From Octopus bimaculoides (Eukaryota), in NCBI RefSeq assembly GCF_001194135.2, contig NC_068987.1, forward strand, positions 104,116,819 to 104,167,600: a stretch of DNA of 50,782 nt, given 5' to 3'. The notes under the pieces are model-generated. The model saw only the letters and a list, made by a program, of their open reading frames with translations, searched no databases and was not told the DNA's origin. How positions within the stretch are numbered: position 1 is the first letter of the stretch; every line of letters starts with the position of its first letter. Both the position numbers and the translations under genes were made by a program. Below, in pieces: positions 11,941 to 25,724 of this stretch.

Positions 11941-12814
11941 GTTAAGCATTCAAATATGAAGCTCAACAAATATACTTCCATCATCAAAATAGCTTACACT
12001 TATATCATGTAGCTTGAAAATTTTCATATATTAAATAGAAAATATTAATATTCTCATACTTTTTCTTTTTGCTAAAAAACACAACCATAGACTGACAGAA
12101 ACAAAACAAAGGGAAAAATGCACACAGACATGTATGCATACGTGTATATATTTATTTATTTGCTATTGATAGATGAACAAATAAAACATCATTTCATGCC
12201 GTTATGTGGAGTTTGAGTGTGGCTTGGATTGGATTACATTTATTTATATGGAGTTCAATTACTTATGTAATAGACAAAGGGCTCTGGAATGGATTCTGTT
12301 CATATATAGAGACTCCACTGTATGCATATGTATGTATTTTTAAAAAAAAATCTTTTTACTTGTTTCAGACTGGTATTTATTCTAATGGTCACTTTACTGC
12401 ATTGCTAAGTTATGGGGATATAACAAACCAACATTGGTTGTCAAGCAATGGTGGGGACAAACAGACACACGCGATGGGCTTCTTTCAAAATCTTTCTACC
12501 AAATCCACTCACAAGGCCTTGGTTGGCCTGGAGCTATAGTAGATGACACTTGCCCAAGGTGCCACACAGTGGGACTGAACCATGTGGTTAAGAAGCAAAC
12601 TTCTTATGACACAGCCACACCCATGCCCATATTTTTTTACTTGCTTCAGTCATTTGACTGTGGCCATGCAGGAGCACCATGTGGTGGTTGTGAAGCAAAT
12701 TTGTTACCACACAACCACATACGTGCTTATATATAACATTTACAGATTAAGTGATTTAACAAAAAGAGAAAAGATTGTGTTTGACTTTGGCAGATTTACA
12801 AGTGGTTAGAACTA

Positions 12815-12820
12815 TTTAAT
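12815..12820 (-). terminator. Possible proximal polyadenylation signal (ATTAAA) for BRCA2
   Basis: ATTAAA on the minus strand about 60 nt after the stop codon; motif only. Confidence 0.25.
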
Positions 12821-12878
12821 GGAATAATAAATGTGAATGAAAGCAATATAATACAAAACTACATATGTAAGGAACTGG

Positions 12879-13091
12879 TCATTTTTTAGCTTTGGTTAAG
12901 GTAGGAGCCTTAAATGCTTTATGTACAGAAGGAGACGAGCAACTGGCTAAATGAGGCAAGCTGGATGCAGCACCACACGCGAGAAGTCTGGACATTTTCA
13001 TTTGTTGAGTAACTTTCTGAGCCTTCATGGAATCATCTGAAGATGAAGTGTGCAAAACATTCTCTTTTACATGATATTTCTGCTCTGCACC
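12879..13091 (-). CDS. BRCA2: BRCA2 terminal coding exon: GAEQ...LPHLASCSSPSVHKAFKAPTLTKAKK*
   Basis: Strong polypyrimidine acceptor ctcacacccag|GGT; 70 codons + TGA at 12881-12879; TR2-like SSPSVHKAFKAP vs human VSPAAQKAFQPP. Confidence 0.88.
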   Translation of the reverse strand, partial: GAEQKYHVKENVLHTSSSDDSMKAQKVTQQMKMSRLLACGAASSLPHLASCSSPSVHKAFKAPTLTKAKK

Positions 13092-14276
13092 CTGGGTGTG
13101 AGAAAGAAGATGGAAAAGGAAAACCCATAAGACATTTCAAATACTGTTTCAGGAATTTAAAAAGTTAAAAAAGAAAAACTATAAAAAACAAAACAAAACA
13201 ATAAGCGCAAAAATTATATAATCTGTAAGGTTTTAGCACCCCATTATTACCATCTTTATTGGCTTCCCAGCAACTCCCACTCTTATATAATATAGGGTAG
13301 CCATGTATCTGCTCTGTGACAAGACAACTATGATTGTCCCTCTATCATACTTTAGCATTTCAGCATCTGGCAGAAAGCCACCTCCACCTCCCAAATAACT
13401 CCCCCCCCCCCCCCNNNNNNNNNNNNNNNNNNNNNNNNNNNNNNNNNNNNNACACTTAGTTCTGGGTCTTTTACATTTTTCTTTGTTCTTTTTCTATCTT
13501 GCAAGTTACTTGGCAACCTCACCAGTGCCAGAAGCATGGAAAAAAAAAAAAGCATCCAGTACACACTGTAAAATGGCTGGTGTCAGGAAGGACATTCAGC
13601 CATAGAAACAAAGCTAAACCAGAAATTGGAGCTTGACATGACCCTACAGTTTGCTGGATTCTGTCAAACTGTTCAACCCACACCAGCATGGAAAACAGAC
13701 ATATGATGATGTTTTCAGTTAGTATAGCCAAAAATATTTCAAGATGATATACGATAAATCTAGTTTGAAATTGTTTGTGTTACATTCATTAACCCATATT
13801 AACCCACTGTCCTTGTTTGAGGACAATTGTATTTGGTTTATTTACTGCAATAAAGGTTAACTGGATGCCTCCATGTCTGTTATCCTTATTTATATAACTA
13901 TCTTCAAAATTTTGACAGGGTTAACTTGGGTTAAATATGAAGAGAAACAAAAATATTATACACAAAAGATAAAGAAAACAAATAAATGTAAAAAATCACA
14001 AAAAGAGCAGTCACATAATGCTTTTGTAGGGTCTAACTTGCATTTTATAGTTTGATGTTAAGACATATATATATTACAGCTGGATGCCCTTCTTAATACC
14101 AAAGCACTCAGTCCACTGTGGGGTGATTGGTGTTTGGAAGGGCATCCAGCTGTAAAGACCATGCCAAAACAGACACAGAAGTCTGGTGCAGTCTTCTACC
14201 TGGCCAGCTCCTGTCAAACCATTCAACCATGCCAACATGGAAAGCAAACATTAAATGATGATGATGATGATTATGA

Positions 14277-14318
<42 letters not shown>

Positions 14319-17300
14319 GTATATACACACACATTCTAATAAAAAGGAAAATTATGGACTAATACTGAAGAAAATATTGTACCTGAAGATTTAAAGACAG
14401 TTTTCCTTGTTCTAATTTCTTGTAAGCTGCTGATAGAAATCCTTCTTTCACCTGGGAGAGTATGAAAAGAATATCATTTACTTTTTAATTATGCAAAAAA
14501 ATATATTAATATTTCAATTTTGTCGTTCATTTATTGCTAAATTCATCTGGCAATTATATTAGCACCAATTTGTTCATTTATACGTTTTAGTTGTTGAAGT
14601 GTGGCCATGCTGGAGCACTTGCTTCAACAGTTCCAGTCATGTTGACTCCAGTACACTGCTACTTCAAATACAGAGTGGGCCAAAAGCCATAAACAAAATA
14701 AGTCTAATACACTCTGGAATTGTCAAAGACATGCTTCAATTTTTCTAAAATTGGATAAAATAAATAATGACGAACGCACATGATTAACAAAATGAATAAT
14801 AATAGTAATCTTTTCTACCACAGACAAGAGGCTTGAAACTTTGAGCGAGGTGTACAAATTGAAATGCAAAAGAACGAAATAATAAATGGATATATGAATG
14901 AAAGTTTGGTAATTGCATTTATTTCCACCACACGACACTTATTATTGCAAACATGTTTTAACTAACCTAAACTATATACATACACAAATATATTCATATA
15001 TACATGTCTTGAGATGTAGCTGTAATTCAAAGGGGCCAGCCTTGTCATATTCTGTGTGAGGCTGAATCTCCCTGAGAACTATGTTAATGTTATGCAAGTC
15101 TGTGCAATACTCAGCCATTTGTGAGTTAATTTTATCCTCGTGTGATAATGAAAAGTAAAATTGACATCCAATATTTGCTGTGTGTATGTATGAATTTTTC
15201 TTTGGATTTAAGTATCTACTGTTTCTCTCACTTTCTCTCTTTCTCTTTCATTTCCTTTGTGTCCCTCTTCTCTCCTGCTTTTGATTTAACAATGTGTATT
15301 TGTATCTATGTATCTACTTCTCTTGTGATGTGATAAACATTTAAAAACATAAAACGAACGCAGTCACCACTCACTGTCTCTTTCACTCTCTCTCTTTCTC
15401 TTTCACTTTTTCTCTCTCACTCTCTTCCTTTCTCCTTTACGTCCTCTCTGAAACATTTAAAAACACAAAATGAACACTGTCACCACTCATTGTCTTTTTC
15501 ACTCTCTCACTCTCCCTTTCTCTCTAACTCTCTCTTGCTTTGCCACTTCTTTGAAGTAAGTGTGACGTACACAACAGGTACGTACAAAAACAAAAAGTCA
15601 GCATATTAATATGATTGATGATCCTTTCAACTACAGGCACAAGTGCTGAAATTGTGGAGTAGTGGGGAGGTAGTTGATTACATCAACCCCAGTGTATCAC
15701 TAGTACTTAATTTATTGAAATTTAAAAGGATGAAAGCAAAGTCAGCCTCGGCAGAATTTGAACTCAGAACATAGTGACGGGTGAATTACTGCAAAGCATT
15801 TTGTCCAGTGTGCTAGCGATTCTGTAATATAAATAAAATTTCAAATGCTTTGGCCTACCCTGTATAACACACGCTCACACTCACATATGTTTATTAGTTT
15901 TTCTATGATGACATAGGTGGGACAGGTCCTTATTTGATGCAATATTTTCATGGATGGATACTCATCCTGTCACCAACCCTTTCCTGTTAATACAAATAAA
16001 GTTGTATAGAGTAACCTATCAGTTTGATGTAAAATTGTTTTTATTACAACTGGACAGAAAAACAAACATTAATATGTATATATATGTAAACTTGTCCTGC
16101 ATTTCTGAAGAGAGGTATGTATGTATGGTGGCTGTTATCCATCATAACCATCCAAAGATTTTTGCAAAAATCAACTTATACAACCAAACATTTAGATAGG
16201 AAAAGAACTTTGAAATATTCTATGAATAATTTATTTAGATTATATCCAGTAATTTCACATCTCAATATAGAGCTAATATCAATTTGAGATTTTTCTCTTT
16301 GTTTTCTTATTCATAAACTAAAGATAAAATTTTATTCAGTTGCTGATAGCATGTAAAAGCACCCACTACACTCTCTGAGTGGTTGGCGTTTAGGAAGGGC
16401 ATCCAGCTGTAGATACTCTGCCAAATGCTGTGCGTGAGAAAACCCAGCAAGCCAAGTGAGACCTAAATCTAAGGCCTCAGCCAGTCCACTTAGGCGTACC
16501 TTCCTTCATTGGACACTAAACTCCACTTGCAAAGACCTGTTGAGGCAAGTGAAATCGAAATCGAGTTAAATTGGACACGAAACTCAGCTTGTGAAGACTT
16601 ATTGGGGCAAGCAAAAGCGAATTTGTGATGGCACCTGTGCCCAGCATCGCCTTTCTGGCACTTGTGCCCGCGGCATGTCTAAGGACTTTCGAGCGAGATC
16701 GTTGCCAGTGCCCCTGGACTGGCTCTTGTGCGGGTGGCACATAAAATACACCATTTTGAGCGTGGCTGTTGCCAGTACCGCCTGACTGGCCTTCGTGCGG
16801 GTGACACGTAAAAGCACCCACTACACTCTGAGTGGTTGGCATTAGGAAGGGCATCCAGCCGTAGAAGCTCTGCCAAATCAGATTGGAGTCTCGTGTAGCC
16901 ATCTGGTTTCACCAGTCCTCAGTCAAATCGTCCAACCCATGCTAGCATGGAAAGCGGACGTTAAACGACAATGATGATGATGATGATGTAACCTGTTAAA
17001 TTTCGATGTCCTAAAATCCTTTGGTTCAACTTCAACCCATCTGGTGAAGACCCTAAATCTATAGGCATGTAGTTAATAAATAATGAGTGATCATCATCAT
17101 CATCATCGTTTAACGCCCGCTTTCCATGCTAGCATGGGTTGGACGATTTGACTGAGGACTGGTGAAACTGGATGGCAACACCAGGCTCCAATCTAATTTG
17201 GCAGAGTTTCTACAGCTGGATGCCCTTCCTAACGCCAACCACTCAGAGAGTGTAGTGGGTGCTTTTACGTGTCACCCGCACGAAGGCCAGTCAGGCGGTA

Positions 17301-20300
17301 ATGGCAACGGCCACGCTCAAAATGGTGTCTTTTATGTGCCACCCACACAAGAGCCAGTCCAGGGGCATTGGCAACGATCTTGCTCGAAAATCCTATGAAG
17401 GCCAGTCAGGTGGTACTGGCAACGNNNNNNNNNNNNNNNNNNNNNNNNNNNNNNNNNNNNNNNNNNNNNNNNNNNNNNNNNNNNNNNNNNNNNNNNNNNN
17501 NNNNNNNNNNNNNNNNNNNNNNNNNNNNNNNNNNNNNNNNNNNNNNNNNNNNNNNNNNNNNNNNNNNNNNNNNNNNNNNNTGGCAACGGCCACGCTCAAA
17601 ATGGTGTCTTTTATGTGCCACCCACACAAGAGCCAGTCCAGGGGCACTGGCAACGATCTCACTTGGCTTGCCGGGTCAATTAGTATTTAATAAAGTAGTA
17701 ACACAATACAGTGAAAAAGAAAATTTCAGTCAACCAGTGGCTTTCAAATGGTGTGCACTAGTGCATCACAAGAGGTATCCAAGGGCTCTGAAGATTTTAA
17801 AAATAGAATCTAAGATATTAGAAAAGCTACACTAAATTTTAAGCTTATAGAAAAACGTGATATTCACAATACTGTTATACAAATGTACAATTAATGAAAA
17901 ATAAATAAGCAATTATGTATATGTGATGTCTTTAAATAATGAACATATGGTTACTGGTGCAGGCATGGCTGTGCGGTTAAGAAGTTTGCTTTCCAAAATT
18001 ATGATTTCGGATTCAGCTCCACTGTGTGGTACCTTGGGTAAGTACTCTCTATTATTGCCCTGGGCTAACCAAAGCCTTGTGAGTGGATTTGGTAAATGGA
18101 AACCGAAAAAGGGTAATTTATTAAGCATCTAAAAAAGGTTAAGAGAGTGAATCCCCTACAGAAAATCCCGAGGGAAGGACCCTAAAACAGATATGTATGG
18201 TCATACTTAACCAATATCTGGTATCCCCTGTGGTTCCATTCCAGGAAGTAAATAAACGTAATTATGTATTTTTTATGATTCAGTTGACTTCAGATCCTTT
18301 CTGGCTATCTGCCTTAGTCCACATTTATTTAGTGTGTCCTTAACTACAATATATTAAGTACCGCCTGACTGGCCTTCGTGCCGGTGGCACGTAAAAGCAC
18401 CCACTACACTCTGAGTGGTTGGCGTTAGGAAGGGCATCCAACTGTAGAAACACTGCCAAATCAGATTGGAGCCTGGTGTAGCCATCTGGTTCACCAGTCC
18501 TCAGTCAAATTGTCCAACCCATGCTAGCATGGAAAGCGGACGTTAGACGATGATGATGATGATGATTATTGTCTTCTGTCTCATTCTTTTTTTTTATCAC
18601 CGTTGTTTATAGATGGTCATGTTTTGAATGGCTTGACTTTTTAGAAAGGAATTAATTTAATTTTGAATCACTTTTATCTATCCACCCATCTTTAGTATAT
18701 TTCTGTATCCTTGACACGAAAACATATCAGCACAGATGGCCTGTTCTCTTTGATTCTCTCATACAACCGACTTTTCAATGCAGGCCCAGCTTCTACAAGT
18801 ACACTATTAACCCTTTCCTCCACTCTTCATTAATTCTGACATTGTAGGTCAACATTTTCAAACTTCCGCTGCAGTTCTCAAGCTTTTAGACTTCTGTAAA
18901 TGATAACCAAAAATCCCATGCCCCAATAGGAATGTACTGATGGATGTTAACTGGCATGGAAGAATGCTGGTGCTATGATAAAATTGCCCTAGATCATGCA
19001 ATAAAGTGATAGGTGACTGAAAGATGTCAGTTTTAAAAATCATGCAAGTAAAAAAAGCATGAGGTTATCTGCTTTATACTTCCAGTAAGGATGGCCAAAG
19101 AGTTCATGTTTCTATTCTCCCATACTCCATAAGAAATGAACAGACTGAAATAACATAGGCTAGAAAGGTGCTTTAATTTTGTTTGGAGATGACTTCCTTA
19201 GTGGTGGTGGTCTAATCAAATGCAACCAGTCCAAAGTACAAAATGGTTGGTGACAAGGAGGGTGTCATATCAAAAACTCTTGTTATAATGTACACATGAC
19301 ATATGCAACAGGATAAGCTAATTATATACATATGCAACACAAAACATCGAAGTTTGCTACAGATGATATATACAACAACAAGGTGAGCTAACTATTCTCT
19401 GTAGTTGCATGTGCACCAGATAATCAGTGTTGAGGTGTTTTGAGATCTGTCAAACTCACAAACAGCAGGGAAAAAAAGTGTAAAACCAACATAGATGTAA
19501 AATGAAATACAATTAGATAACCACTACTTCATATAATCTGAAATTCATAAAAAAATATACAAATCTGTGAAGGCTAATTAGAAACAATCACATCTAGCTA
19601 TAACAGTAGAAAGATAATAACACCTGGCACACTATAAAAAGAAAATCTGAGATTAGTTGTTGATGATAGTAGCAGCAGTAACAACAATTTTATGTCTACT
19701 TTTTCATGCTTGCATAAGTTAGATGGAAATTTTTTTGAGACAGATTTTCTATAGCTGGATGCTCTTCCTGTCATCAACCTGCACCTGTTTCCAGAAAAGG
19801 TAATATTTCCCCATGGCCAGACATGCTTCTCACGAAAGACTAGAAACGAACAGCATTACTGGTATATTGTTGTTGGCACTCTGTCGCTTACGACGTCGAG
19901 GGTTCCAGTTGATCAGATCAATGGAACAGCCTGCTCGTGAAATTAACGTGCAAGTGGCTGAGCACTCCACAGACACGTGTACCCCTAACATAGTTCTCGG
20001 GAGAGATTCAGCGTGACACAGTGTGACAAGGCTGACCCTTTGAATTACAGGCACAACAGAAACAGGAAGTAAGAGTGAGAGACAGTTGTGGTGAAAGAGT
20101 ACAGCAGGGTTCGCCACCATCCCCTGCCGGAGCCTTGTGGAGCTTTAGGTTTTTTCGCTCAATAAACACTCACAACGCCCGGTCTGGGAATGGAAACCGT
20201 GAGTCCGCTGTCCTAACCACTGGGCCATTGTGCATCCACATTACTTGTATAACAGTGATAAGAAAACATACACACACTTGGTTGCTATTTCTAGCAAGCT

Positions 20301-23300
20301 GAGCAACAATGAGGGAATTTCTTTTAAGATAATTAAAGACAGCGATGCTTAATTACCATTATTCATCTTTGAGTCATATGTAAAATAGGTTAGTCAAGCA
20401 ATCACCCAGCAAAATTGTATCAATTAGTTTTAGTTATGGTCACATGATAAAATATACTTGGTCCATACTATGATGATGTTGATGATGAAGACACAGCCTT
20501 TTAGATTTTGACATTAATATTTTTCTCTTTAAGTGTGTTACATAGAAAGAAGAATTATTGATTTCTAATAGTGGTACACATGACCACATATTTTGAGAAA
20601 GGATATACTTGATAAAATTAACTGCAATAATTGACTGATATATTTTTTTTATTGATCTTGGGAAGAGGAAAGGCAAAGTTGACTTAGAGTGAACTCAGAA
20701 GATAAAAGAGCTATAACTAACTATTACAAGGCATTTTAGCTGTGGCTCTAATGATTGTGCCAATCCATGCAGGGATATGAATTATTGATAAGACAAACCT
20801 TTAAATCTTTCAGCTGACTTACACACTCTTTCATGTGACCAGATTGTGGATTTAGAGTGAAATCAGAGATCTCAGTGCTAGCGTCAACAGTAACGGAATG
20901 AGGTCCATCTTGTCTGTACTTTAATAGATTCTTTGCAGCGAAAACAACACCTTCTTGTAGAATATTATCCACTGAAAATACCTAATATAAAAGAATATGA
21001 ATAATATAAATTATGTTATTTCAGTGAACAGAATAAATAATATTGATATTATTTAAATATTGGCAGAATGTTAATATTCACAGAATGTGTTACTCAAGGA
21101 ATAAGTGCAGATGTGTCACTTTGGGCAAGTTTTCTATGATATGAACAAATCTTTGTGTGTGGATGTGGCAGACAAAAGTTGAAAGATGCCTGTCATGTAC
21201 ATATACATCTATATGTGTGTGTGTGTGTGCTTCCTTGTCTTAACATTGCATGACAGTTATAAAATGATTGTATGACAAATAATTGTCATGGAAACAAGTG
21301 AGAGTTGGCAAGAGGAAGGGCATCTGATCAAAATCTGCCCCAATAAACTCCAGCCTATGCATGCAAGCTTGGAAAGGTGGATGTCAAACTGATGATGATA
21401 ATGATATATAAATATATATACATATATATATACAATGGGCTTATTTCATTTTCCGTCTACCAAATCTACTCACAAAGCTTTGGTTGGCCTGAAGCTATAG
21501 TAGAAGACACTTGCCCAAGGTGCCAAGCACTGGGACTGAACCCGGAACCATATGATTGGTAAGTAAGCTACTTACCACATAGCTACTCTTAGAATTTTTA
21601 GCAAAATACTATTTACTTCTCTGATTGTTGCAAAATGCGATATCTTTTTCTTTAGCAACATATTCATGAAACTGAAGAAATCTTACTATGCTGTTGCAAT
21701 GAAAGAAAAAAAAATGCTCACAGGCGCAGGAGTGGCTATGTGGTAAGTAACTTGCTTACCAACCACATGGTTCCGGGTTCAGTCCCACTGCGTGGCACCT
21801 TGGGCAAGTGTCTTCTACTATAGCCTCGGGCCGACCAAAGCCTTCCGTCTACCAATCTCGATTTGGTAGACGGAAACTGAAAGAAGCCCGTCGTATCATC
21901 ATCATCATCATCATCATCGTTTAACGTCCGCTTTCCATGCTAGCATGGGTTGGACGATTTGACTGAGGACTGGTGAAACCGGATGGCAACACCAGGCTCC
22001 AGTCTGATTTGGCAGAGTTTCTACAGCTGGATGCCCTTCCTAACGCCAACCACTCAGAGAGTGTAGTGGGTGCTTTTACGTGTCACCCGCACGAAAACGG
22101 CCACGCTCGAAATGGTCCCCAACATCGCTTGACAACCGATGCTGGTGTGTTTACGTCCCCGTAATTTAGCGGTTCGGCAAAAGAGACCGATAGAATAAGT
22201 ACTAGGCTTACAAAGAATAAGTCCTGGGGTCGATTTGTTTGACTAAAGGCGGTGCTCCAGCATGGCCGCAGTCAAATGACTGAAACAAGTAAAAGAGAGA
22301 CTGTAAAGCATCCATCATTGCTTTCATTATTAAGTTGGCACTATATTTCATTTCTTTTTATGTGTTCCAGGGCCAGATATCAACTCCAGTTGCACAATTG
22401 GTTAGTGTAATATTGGTTTTGACAATACAATTAATTTCCAATCTCGATTATTTGCAGTCATTGCATGATAACATACTGCCATGATTCCAAGATTTCATCG
22501 CATTGACTGTTCTGGTTTTGTACGGCTACCTGTTTGAAGTCCAAGTAATCCTTTGTGAATATGATGTGTGAGAACAGTTCACAGAGTTACAAAACCACAA
22601 CGATGCTACAATACGATATTGGTTTCATGGAGAATAAAGCTGTGACGTCCGAAGTACACTGACTTCTCACCTCAATCTGTGAAAACACTTGAAGCAAATT
22701 TTTCTTGCCTTGTCAACATTCTCCTTGGTAGGGTGGCTGCATTAGCTGCAGATCACCAGCTGCAAGGATTGCACTGATATCTAAAGACAGTACATGTATA
22801 CCAAACATTTGATGTGACTACTCTCTTTAAAGAATGTTTTAATGTGAAAGCTGTTTATTGTCGTTGTTTTGTATGAGACAACTTTTTCTGTATTCTTTTG
22901 AATATTTACTATACAAGTTGAGAGAAGACAAACTTTACAAGAGTAAGTGAGGCTAAAAACGGTAAGAACAGATGTAAACGATAGATTTCTAGACTAATTT
23001 AGAAGTTGACTTATCAGACACACTTTCATCTCGTATCTTATTTTACAATATACAGTTCTTTTTATCTTTTGAATTTTCATACTGAATTTGCAAACCATTT
23101 TGTTGAGAGAGGAAGGAAGTTTGCTGATATGAAGACATTTAATGTCAACTCAATAGGTCAGTAGTGGACAGGGTCAGATTGAACGAGAGCTGATGCCAAT
23201 GAAAGAAAATGCAAGCAATGTATTCACTGAGGGGTTAGGGAGTGAGACAGAGAAAAGAAGAAAGAAGATTAAGGAACTGATACACAATCCAAACAGAATC

Positions 23301-25675
23301 TAATTACTAGTTGTTTCCCTCCTAGATAAGTAACCTGCTTGGCAGTTTGCCAAGTCCATGTCTCAGACATATATTCGACCCAGGCAAGTTTTCTATGGCT
23401 GAGTACTCTCTCTATCAAAAGCTGGTTCACATTGTCTACTGACTATATTTCACCATATCACTGTCAGTAGAGAAATATAAAAAAGGTACCGTCTACTTTG
23501 TATCAGTTCTTATTAGAAGTTACAGTCCTATTAGGCAGGTAGCCGGCATTACAACATGTGTTCACATCCTGCTTGTACATATGGTTAATTGAGAGAATCA
23601 TCATGTTGAGACATGGACTCTGTAAACTTCATAGTAGGTTACCTGCCTGGGAGTGTAAGAACAGATATAGGATAGAACAAGTCCTCTTAGTATGGGACCT
23701 CTGTAATGAAAAATAAAGAAGTAAAGTTTCCTTCTCAAGTCATACCAGCTCATAAGGACTCAAGTTTCCATGGCATGTATATTCCCCACCTGGAAGGGAC
23801 ACCAGTCTCTCGCAGGATTACTCATCTTTGCCAGCTGAGTGAACTGGAGCAACGGGAAATGAATTGTTTTGATGAAGAACACAATATGTCGCCTGGTCCA
23901 GGAACTGAAACCACAGCCTTACGACCATGAGTTCAACACTCTAACCACTAAGCCACATGCCTTCTGATTACCTCTGTGGTTCACATGGCACAATGAAATG
24001 CACCCAATAAACCCAGGTTATTAAACTACAGAAAATATGACAAGACAGAAATAAGTGAGATACAGACTCTGTAAACTGCATCACAGGCTACTCATCAAAG
24101 AGTGCAGTGACTGATACAAGTTAGAGAGGGACTTCAGTCCTTTTTGCTGTGACAACCACACATGCTGCCTCATGAGAGGAGGATAAAAGGGTCCCCTCTG
24201 CTTGGTATTAGTTTTCATTCAGAATTACAACCCTATTAGACAGGTAACCTGCAATGTGACTCTCACTGATGTAAGTCACATTTCCTCATATGTTCCATTT
24301 TTGGTATGATTATTTGGGGAGGTGGAGTGTCATGATGGCATTTGGCAAGGTGGTTTGCAAATTCAGCATGAATAGCCAAAAACTGGAGAGAATAATTGTA
24401 TGTTGTGTATCCAAAATGAAAGTGTCTCTATGAGGTTGAGTTCTACACTGATTAAAATCAGAGGTTCTCAACTTTTTTTGGCATAAGCATGCTACTTCAC
24501 GCATATTATTTATACAATAAACTGTGTAGCAAATCAAAAGGATACAAAAAATAATTATGCTCTTGTACAAAATGAAAATGGACGGCTTTCAAGCTAAAAA
24601 TGTTCTCCATAGTGTAGGCAATGTATGGTGATAACGAAGCCTGCTTTGCAATCATGTGGCTTCAGGTTCAGTCCAACTGCATGACACCTTGGGCAAGTGA
24701 GTTCCACTGTAGCCCCAGGCTGACCAAAGCCTTGTGAGCAAATTTGGTAGACTGAAACTGTGTGAAAGCCATCATGTGTGTGCATGTGTGTGTATAAATA
24801 TGTATGTGTGTATGTTTCTTTGTGTCTGTGTTTATCCCCCACCAGTTGACAACCGGGATTCATTTGTTTACATTCCCATAGCTCAACAGTTCAACAAATG
24901 AGACTAAAAGAATAAGTATCAGACTTTAAAAGAAGCAAATAATAAAAAAAAAAGTAGAGACAGATCTATATGACTAAGTTTGTCAAGGTGGTGCCCCAGC
25001 ATGGCAGAGTCCAAAGATTGAAATAAATAAAAAAAGGGAAAGGTTAAAGGATTGTAGCGGTGCATGGCTTAGTGGTTAGGGTGTTGGACTCATGATCGTA
25101 AGATTGTGGCTTCGATTCCTGGACTGGGTGATGCATTGTATTCTTGAGCGAAACACTTCATTTCTTGTTGCTCCAGTCGATAAAAATGGTAAAACTCAGT
25201 TGGTAAAAATGGGTAGTCCTGTGATGGACCAGCGTCCCATGCAGGGAGGGACATATACACCAGGGAGAAACCAGGAAACCAACCCTGTGGTCCTTAGAGA
25301 GTAATGTGGACTAACCATATAATGTAAAGTACCAACATGAAATGTTTGGTACAAGTATAGCGTTTACATTGTAAGACAAATGTAACACAAAAGTTTGTGA
25401 GTTCTCTCTTGCTGCGTGGGCAAGATAATGTGAATCATTACAATCCATCCAACCCATGCCAGCATCGAAAAATGGACGTATGATGATGACGATGATGAAG
25501 AATACAAAAAGATTGAAAGACCATATTAATTTTTACCTGCATATAGCCCCAGAAACAAATTGTGAAAATGTTCCCTTCAACATCAACTGCATGTAACTGT
25601 TCAAGTTTATGGTGGCTGAAAGTATTAAAAAAAAACACTTAAGAATTTCTTTATTATGAACGTATTAAATAATTC

Positions 25676-25724
<49 letters not shown>

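Noticed and set aside
18600-19043. Faint mariner/Tc1-like peptide on the minus strand
   Set aside because: Too degenerate to support without a profile search.
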